Source: Ascoidea asiatica JCM 7603 (lineage: Eukaryota; Fungi; Ascomycota). Taken from it: a stretch of DNA of 64,000 bases. The notes below the pieces were generated by a model that was given only the letters and a program-made list of their open reading frames with translations, did no database searches and was not told the DNA's origin. Positions 56,836 to 64,000 of this stretch are shown here, one piece after another. The DNA is taken from NCBI GenBank assembly GCA_001600695.1, contig BCKQ01000004.1, forward strand, positions 879,843 through 943,842, read 5' to 3'. How positions within the stretch are numbered: the stretch's first letter is position 1; each line of letters begins with the position of its first letter. The position numbers were made by a program, and so were the translations under genes.

Positions 56836-57132
56836 CGGGCCGTCGCCGCCAAATATTCGGATCTATCACATGATACGTTGTATCAACTTTCTTTTTTTTG
56901 CTTGATTTGCAATTGATTTGAATAGTTTGAAATTTAACAATTATTTTATTTAAATTCACCTAATTTTGGTGAAATAGAATTAATCAAGAGCTAATAAAAG
57001 ATTGCTATTCAATTTAAAGAAAAACATTTGGATCTCAGCTAAAAATTGATGCCAATGAAGTAGCCATTAATGAATTGAGAGCAAAAAGATAAAATAAAAC
57101 TAAAAAAAGTTTCTTGTAAATATTTTCAGATT

Positions 57133-60100
57133 ATGGCTAAAAAAAAATCTAATCTTCCAAGCAAAGACCAGGTGGATTCTAAACTGGATTCCAAATCTTC
57201 CAAATTTTCTAAATCGAATAATAAAAGTGATTCAAAGCTGAATTTAAAGTCTCAGAGTCCGAGTCCAGATCCAGTGAAGAAAACTGGAAGACAATTAGTG
57301 ACAAATAGCTCGTCATGGACAGGTAAATTACCTTCTTCAATTTTAAATGAATTAGTTCAGAGAAATAAATGGAAAAAAGTAGATTATGATATTAAAAAAG
57401 TTAAAGATGGTTTTATTTCTTTTGTTTCAATTTCTCAAATGGAGGCATCTGATTTAATTTTAATAAATTTTAGAGAGCATTATAATAAAATTAGATACTA
57501 TAGTAATGAACAATTCAGAGATAAAATCGAGAAAATCTTAAAACCTCAAGATACTGCTGTTCAAGCAAGAAATATTTCCGCTTTATTTGTTTTAAATTTA
57601 ATTAACTATAATAAGACTTTATCGCTCATTTTACCAAGTAATTTAAAATCAATATGGCAAGATTTGAATGATTTAAGGTTAACTTTAACTGATTTAAATC
57701 CGGTTTATTTTAATAAAATTTGGAATTTAAATCCTTTTAAAGTACAGAAAGAATCTGCTTTAGAGAAGATTCAGAAATTGAAAGATAAAGAAAAACAAAA
57801 TCATGAAAAAAAACTCACAAAAAAGGAAGTTAATGTTGTTAATATTTTATCGGATTTATCTGAGCTAAAAGTAGAAAAAAAAAATACTCAAAAAAAATCC
57901 CAAATAGATTCTTTCAATTTTGATGCAAGTGCCTCTGAATTCAATGATTTAAATCAAAATGGTAATAAACAAGATTCACTTAAATCTATTTCAAACTCAT
58001 TATCTAATAATGTGACTCATTTTTCAAAAAAATACTGGGATAAAGCTCCTTTTATCGATATAGCTCAGAATCCAACTACTAAAATTCAGTCCTTAATCAA
58101 TTCTAATTTAAATGCTTTATATGATTCAAATTTATCAATAGCTAAAGATAAAAAATCAGATTCGCAAGTAGATACATCTTCTTTACAGTTTTTAGGTTTT
58201 AGAAAATCACATATTTTAGAAGCATTTAAATATACAAACAATCAATTGTCTGCGCTAGAGTGGCTATTATTGAATTTACCAGAAGACGATTTACCTGCTA
58301 TATTTGTAAAACCTGATGAATTATCGAATATGTCAATTTCTACATCTTCCTTTAATCCTTTCAAAAATAGTATAATTCAAAGATTGATTAAATCAGGTTA
58401 CTCAAATGATTTGATACTTTCAATTATGAATAAAATCAATAGTTCTGAAGAGAATTTGGAATATTTGTTAACCTATCAACTTACAAAATCCTTAATGCTA
58501 ATAAATAATGAAAATACTATTAAACTTGATCAAGCTTTATCTTATAACGAAGAATTTTTTAATCTACCAGAGTTCAATGAAGAAATTAATAGTTTGTATT
58601 CAATCTTACCTGACAACAAAATTAAAATAATTAAAAGTAATTCCAAGAATCAAATTTTCCTACAAATTTTCTTAAATCCGAAAAATGCCCCAAAACATAT
58701 TCACTCGAACTTATTAAAAGATTTATTCTCAATAAAAATTATTTATAACAGCAATCTATCCAATTATCCCAATGATATTTTACCAATTCAGCTAGAAGTC
58801 AATAACAGTGAAAAAACCTCCTTCAAATTAGCTAATTATATTAAAATTTCTATTTTGAAATCTCTTATAAATAATGAAATTATCAATAATTTGGGAAATT
58901 GTTATATATATTCTATAATTGAATATCTTGAAAATAATATATTTGACATAATAAAAAACCCAGGACCACTAGTGAATATAACAAATACTAAAAGCAAAAT
59001 TTGTAAAGGAAAAACAAATAAAAGCTCTTCGCAAGATAAAAAACAGTTTTCAAGCATCGGTACTGTCTTTGATTCTAAATTAGATACTAATGAGATTTTG
59101 AGAAAATTCAATGAAAAGCAAAATCTAGAAGATTTCAAAAAAATGATCAAAGAAAGATCTTCTTTACCAGCATTTAATAAGAGAAAAGAAATTGTATCAA
59201 AAATTGAAGAAAATCAAGTTACAATAATAACCGGTGAAACTGGTTCTGGTAAATCTACTCAAGCAGTTCAATTTATTCTTGATAATTTAATTAAAAATAA
59301 AAAATCGTCTAGAATTATAGTAACACAACCTCGTAGAATTAGTGCGATTGGTTTAAGTCAGAGAGTTGGTGAAGAAAGGTTGCTATCAACCGGGGAAGTT
59401 GGTTATATCATCAGAGGAGAAAACAAAACAACTCCGAATACTAGAATAATTTTTGCAACAACAGGTATTTTGCTAAGAATGATTCAATCAGGATTGGCAG
59501 ACTCTAAAGACAAAAAAGAAAATTTTTTAAAAGATTTGGAATATATATTTGTTGATGAAGTTCATGAGAGATCAATAGATTCTGATTTTTTACTTATTAT
59601 TTTGAAGACTCTTCTAAAGAGATTCAAAAATTTAAAAGTAATATTAATGTCAGCAACTATTGATATTAATTTGTATAAGGATTTTTTCAATAATGGTAGA
59701 ATAAATCATGTCCATATTGAGGGTAGAACTTTTCCAATAACAGATCATTATTTGGATTCAGTTATTGATTATTTGGATTTCAAAATAGAGAAAAAGACAA
59801 GTAGGAGATTTAAGAGATCCGATTATCTAAATAGAAGAAGGTATGACGATTCTGACCAAGATGATCTTGATGGATATGAAGACGAGAATGGAAGTGAAAA
59901 TGATGATACTGATGATGGGCCTTCCATGATTAAGCCCGGTGCAGATTCTTTTTTTTTTTCAAGCGGTAAAATAAACTATGAATTGATTGCTCTCTTAGTT
60001 AACAAAATCGATGAAGATTTAGTTAAAGATAGTAATTCAGGTTCAATTTTAATATTTATGCCTGGTATAATGGAAATAAATAAATGTATTAATGCTATTA

Positions 60101-61752
60101 CTGATACATTTAATAGAGGTAAAGATAAGTTGTTTGCTTTACCTTTGCATTCAGCTTTGTCCAGTGAAGATCAAACAAAAATTTTCAAATTTAGTAAATA
60201 TAAAAGAAAAATTGTTGTTTCGACAAATATAGCTGAAACTTCTATTACCATTCCTGATGCAGTTGTTGTTATCGACACTGGTAGAGTGAAACGACTATAT
60301 GAACAGGAGGCTTTTACAAAATTGGTTGAAGAATGGTGTTCAAGAGCAGAAATAAAGCAAAGAAGAGGTAGAGCTGGTCGTATTCAAGCAGGTATATGTT
60401 ATCATTTATATACTAAAGAAAATGAAATGAAGTTTTTGGAACAGCCTGTTCCAGAAATTAAAAGATTAAGACTTGAAAATATTTATTTAACAATTAAATC
60501 CATGGGAATAAATAATGTTGAAAGATTTTTGAAAGAAGGTATTGATTCGCCAGATGATTTAAATATAAATAAAGCTAAGGAATATTTGATTGAAATCGGT
60601 GGATTAATTAAAGATGATTCAAGTGAGGAAATCAATGATTATAAATTAAGTAATCTTGGTAGATACCTATCGATGTTACCAATGGATATTAAGTTAGGTA
60701 AAATTCTTATATTCGGAGTTATATTCAAATGTCTTAATAATTGTTTAATAATTGCATCTATGTCAACTAGTGGAAGTCCATTTTTAAATATTTTTGATAA
60801 AAGAGAAGAAATTAAAAAAGTTATGCAAAAATGGGGAAACAATAATGGTGATTTAATGGCTATTATAAATGTTGTTACCGAATATAATAAAATCAAAAAA
60901 TCAGGAAATAGAGGATTAAGAAATGAGTTTATTAGAATAAATTACTTATCATTTAAGGTTTTGAAGGATATTGAAATGTCAAAGACTCAATATATCTCGA
61001 ATTTAGAAGAATTGGGATTTATTGAAAGAAGAAACGCTGACGAATATAATATCAATGATGGTAATATAAATATCTTAAAGGCAGTAATAACAGGAGGATT
61101 TTATCCAAATGTTATTAAAGTAGAATTACCCGAAAGCAAATATCTAAAAAGCTCTACAGGTGCCATACAAATTAGTCAAGATGAAAAGCAAATTAAATAT
61201 TTTATCAAAAATAAAGATTTTGTGAAAAATGATTTTGAATTAAAAAATAATTATTCAACGAACAGAGTTTTCATTTTTCCTTCCTCTACATTTTTCAATG
61301 TATCAGAAGATTCATCATTAAATGATAAAAATATCAAATCGAAATTAAATTTTTTAATTTATGGAAATAATCAAGAAAGTAGTAATAATTCAAATAATAA
61401 TAACAATAAAAACAAAAATAACTATGGACCAAGAATTTATGTTAGGGAAATTACTCCAACAAATACTTTGACTGTTTTATTATTTGGTGGAAAGATTGAT
61501 TATGATTTTGAAATTAAGAATAATTCTTTTAAAGCATTACCAGGTATTGTTATAGATGACTGGTTACCAATAAGGACATGGTGCAAGAATGCAGTATTAA
61601 TAAAGAATCTAAGAAAATTGTTAGATTTGGTAATTCAAATAAAACTTGAAAATAAAAAAAATTCAGACGAAATAATCAGTTTAAACAAAAATGGAATATT
61701 GCCTTCTGATCCAGAAGAAATTTTATCTATCGTGACAGAGATCATCTCGTGA
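57133..61752 (+). CDS. DEAH-box RNA helicase with UBA/RWD domains (YLR419W / Ucp12 / DHX57-like)
   Basis: SWTGKLP, ALEWLLLNLPEDDLP, GETGSGKSTQ, DEVHERS, MSAT, STNIAETSITIPD, QRRGRAGR. Confidence 0.92.
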   Translation: MAKKKSNLPSKDQVDSKLDSKSSKFSKSNNKSDSKLNLKSQSPSPDPVKKTGRQLVTNSSSWTGKLPSSILNELVQRNKWKKVDYDIKKVKDGFISFVSISQMEASDLILINFREHYNKIRYYSNEQFRDKIEKILKPQDTAVQARNISALFVLNLINYNKTLSLILPSNLKSIWQDLNDLRLTLTDLNPVYFNKIWNLNPFKVQKESALEKIQKLKDKEKQNHEKKLTKKEVNVVNILSDLSELKVEKKNTQKKSQIDSFNFDASASEFNDLNQNGNKQDSLKSISNSLSNNVTHFSKKYWDKAPFIDIAQNPTTKIQSLINSNLNALYDSNLSIAKDKKSDSQVDTSSLQFLGFRKSHILEAFKYTNNQLSALEWLLLNLPEDDLPAIFVKPDELSNMSISTSSFNPFKNSIIQRLIKSGYSNDLILSIMNKINSSEENLEYLLTYQLTKSLMLINNENTIKLDQALSYNEEFFNLPEFNEEINSLYSILPDNKIKIIKSNSKNQIFLQIFLNPKNAPKHIHSNLLKDLFSIKIIYNSNLSNYPNDILPIQLEVNNSEKTSFKLANYIKISILKSLINNEIINNLGNCYIYSIIEYLENNIFDIIKNPGPLVNITNTKSKICKGKTNKSSSQDKKQFSSIGTVFDSKLDTNEILRKFNEKQNLEDFKKMIKERSSLPAFNKRKEIVSKIEENQVTIITGETGSGKSTQAVQFILDNLIKNKKSSRIIVTQPRRISAIGLSQRVGEERLLSTGEVGYIIRGENKTTPNTRIIFATTGILLRMIQSGLADSKDKKENFLKDLEYIFVDEVHERSIDSDFLLIILKTLLKRFKNLKVILMSATIDINLYKDFFNNGRINHVHIEGRTFPITDHYLDSVIDYLDFKIEKKTSRRFKRSDYLNRRRYDDSDQDDLDGYEDENGSENDDTDDGPSMIKPGADSFFFSSGKINYELIALLVNKIDEDLVKDSNSGSILIFMPGIMEINKCINAITDTFNRGKDKLFALPLHSALSSEDQTKIFKFSKYKRKIVVSTNIAETSITIPDAVVVIDTGRVKRLYEQEAFTKLVEEWCSRAEIKQRRGRAGRIQAGICYHLYTKENEMKFLEQPVPEIKRLRLENIYLTIKSMGINNVERFLKEGIDSPDDLNINKAKEYLIEIGGLIKDDSSEEINDYKLSNLGRYLSMLPMDIKLGKILIFGVIFKCLNNCLIIASMSTSGSPFLNIFDKREEIKKVMQKWGNNNGDLMAIINVVTEYNKIKKSGNRGLRNEFIRINYLSFKVLKDIEMSKTQYISNLEELGFIERRNADEYNINDGNINILKAVITGGFYPNVIKVELPESKYLKSSTGAIQISQDEKQIKYFIKNKDFVKNDFELKNNYSTNRVFIFPSSTFFNVSEDSSLNDKNIKSKLNFLIYGNNQESSNNSNNNNNKNKNNYGPRIYVREITPTNTLTVLLFGGKIDYDFEIKNNSFKALPGIVIDDWLPIRTWCKNAVLIKNLRKLLDLVIQIKLENKKNSDEIISLNKNGILPSDPEEILSIVTEIIS

Positions 61753-62439
61753 ACTAAATAGTCTGAAAAAAAAATAGCATATAGAATTTAATTTTAAATA
61801 GATTTTTTTTTTTTTTTAAGACTTTCAAATATCTTAAGGTTTTTTTAACTTCAATGACTTTATCTCGGAAATTTAAAATATAGTATTGTTCCAGATAAAG
61901 TACTTTAAAATATTTTACAAAGAGAAACAACAACCGAGCTCCGAAGCTCAATCTATTTTGTATTCTTTTTTTTTTGCATAACAATTTTCTTTCTGTTCTT
62001 GTAAACTTTACTTCTAGTATACTTAAGAAATCTTAGAAGTTCCTGAGATTATCTTTGATAATAGGATATAAAATTTGAAATATAGATAATTTTAGAAAAT
62101 CGTCGAATTTTAACAATTAATGAACAGAAATCGTTGGATATTTCTCAACCAACGATAAATTGGATAAATTTATTTGTGATTTCAACATTAATTAGTATTA
62201 TTTTTTTCTTATTGACTATTGGGCTTTAGCGGCTTTCCACCAAATTTTCTAGAATATACTACTGGTATTGTAATAATCCGGAAAATTTTAAGTTTTCACT
62301 TTTAAAACCGTTGAGCATGGCTGAAATGAGGAAAAACTAATTTTACTATTCTTAGAAATTAAAAAAGGCTAAAATTCCCAAACAGGGTTTTATCCGCCAA
62401 CCTAAAAGAAATAAGACCCAATGACCTGAAAGTGACCTC

Positions 62440-62800
62440 AAAAAACGGAGAATAAAAACGGAAGTCGGATCACAAACTGGGAGGTCCCGCTATCCCGTTA
62501 AGGCGGTAGAAAAGTTTACTAGATCCTGGTAGTAACTGTTCTTGTCCTTATAAGCCAGGAAACACCCCTTTAAAGAGAATAAGACTAATTTGCACAGCCA
62601 CAAATGTCTATAATAAGGCATATGCCCTTCAATTTTCCTTCTGTTACCGGTTTCGGTTACTTCCGGGAGTTTAGGGACCTCGAATTTGATCGCGCTAAAA
62701 TAAAATTAAAATAAAATTTCAAATCAGAATAAAGATTTTTTTCGACTTTTTTGAATTCAAGCTTTTTTTGCTGCGGTTTACAGTTACTATTACTAATGTT
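62440..62800 (+). promoter_or_regulatory. MFS transporter upstream region with clustered CGG/CCG triplets and a TTACTAA Yap-type site (62790-62796)
   Basis: Motifs read directly; Zn2Cys6 and Yap1 control is known for yeast DHA1 transporters; assignment here is inference. Confidence 0.4.
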
Positions 62801-63059
62801 CAAATTTTCATCACGAAAAAGAAAAATTTAGAAGCAAGGATGTCTTTTTCAACTAATATAAATATGAGACTTAATCACATCCTATTTGTACACTCAAGTT
62901 ATTATCAATATATCACTCAGTTACTCTTTTAATAAAAATCACTTTTAATAATTTTTTCAAAAATACAATAATTAGGTGCATCAATATTTTCAAGTAAAAT
63001 AAATTTAATTAAAAAAAAAAACTAGGTCAAAGTTATTCAAGTTTAAACAATTCCAAAAT

Positions 63060-64000
63060 ATGACTGATATTTTATCAGAAAGTGATTCTGCTTCTTCTGT
63101 TCAACAGTTTAGAATTGAGAACATCAACAATAGGACAGACGGTAATCTTAATGAAAATTCTCAAACACAAAACTCAAATGTTAAAGAAAATGATTTAGAA
63201 AGAAAATATACCATTCAAAGCATTTATGGAAATGATCCTGATCCAAACACAGTTCAACTACAAAGAACTAGAACTAGACAAACTATATTGAGTGTTTTAT
63301 CAAAAAGAGCAAATACGATTAATCAAGATGAAGAATCATATGTAGAAACCAGTGAAGATAAAGTTTCGAAAGATATTGAAAGTAATAAAGATTTCTGTGA
63401 TATGAATCTGGAAAATGTGGGTGAAAATTCTCATTTAAATGTTAAAAGAGATGGTTTTGAATTTAAAGATATTGATCCTGAATTAATTACTTGGGAAGGT
63501 GATGATGACCCTGAATTTCCTAGAAATTGGTCTAAATCTAGAAAAATTAGAACCATAATATTAGTATCTTCATATACCTTTGTAAGTCCAGTTTCCTCTT
63601 CAATGTTATCTCCAGCAATTTCAAAAATTGCTGCTGATTTTGGTATTACAAATTCGGTTATTTCATCTTTAGTTGTTTCCATTTTTATTTTAGCTTGGGC
63701 ACTTGCACCATTAGTTGTTTCCCCATTTTCCGAAATGTATGGTAGAAGAATTGTTTTGAATTCATCAATTTGGTTTATGTTTTTTTTCAATCTTGGCTGT
63801 GCTTTATCTCAAAATACAACTCAATTAATTGTTTGTAGATTTTTTGCAGGTGTTGGAGGTGCTGCTCCATTATCTGTTGGTGCTGGTGTTTTAGGTGATT
63901 TATTTAATGATAAAGAAAGAAATTTTTGGAGTTCAATTTATGCTTTAGGTCCAACTTTAGGACCAACTGTTGGACCAATAATTGCAGGTTTTGTTGTTGA
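63060..64000 (+). CDS. DHA1-family MFS transporter, N-terminal part (runs off the window)
   Basis: ATG 63060; WEGDDDPEFPRNWS, SSSMLSPA, SPFSEMYGRRIV, CRFFAGVGG, GPTLGPTVGPIIAGF. Confidence 0.92.
   Translation, partial: MTDILSESDSASSVQQFRIENINNRTDGNLNENSQTQNSNVKENDLERKYTIQSIYGNDPDPNTVQLQRTRTRQTILSVLSKRANTINQDEESYVETSEDKVSKDIESNKDFCDMNLENVGENSHLNVKRDGFEFKDIDPELITWEGDDDPEFPRNWSKSRKIRTIILVSSYTFVSPVSSSMLSPAISKIAADFGITNSVISSLVVSIFILAWALAPLVVSPFSEMYGRRIVLNSSIWFMFFFNLGCALSQNTTQLIVCRFFAGVGGAAPLSVGAGVLGDLFNDKERNFWSSIYALGPTLGPTVGPIIAGFVV

Noticed and set aside
63431-63790. 119-aa minus-strand ORF
   Set aside because: Antisense shadow of the plus-strand MFS transporter

Overview
Very AT-rich, gene-dense budding-yeast (Saccharomycotina) chromosomal DNA. 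The Asn/Lys/Ile-biased proteins, retained complex I subunits and several spliceosomal introns suggest an Ascoidea-like yeast (inference only). Housekeeping genes in order: complex I 17.8 kDa subunit, RPT3, SMP3, two tandem ODC carriers, POF1, MSH6, a KDM4/RPH1 demethylase, a low-complexity possible Myb/SANT-like protein, STE5, PET123, TVP15, GRX3/4, RAD24, SDS22, BMT5, NDUFS5, HTZ1, an intron-containing tRNA-Arg(UCU), REI1, GPI7, MSB2, HPT1/XPT1, a YLR419W-like helicase and a partial DHA1 MFS transporter. Most notable observations: (1) an unrecognised dispersed gene family or element present three times within about 20 kb, with a shared non-coding leader, independent lesions and internal deletions, two copies bracketing MSH6-KDM4 in inverted orientation; (2) the KDM4 gene is split by a single -1 frame change at an in-phase A_AAU_UUA heptamer, separating JmjC from an ePHD reader module (recoding or assembly error); (3) TVP15 needs a 7-nt microexon; (4) GC-richer intergenic islands carry CACGTG/CACATG E-boxes in most intergenic regions.
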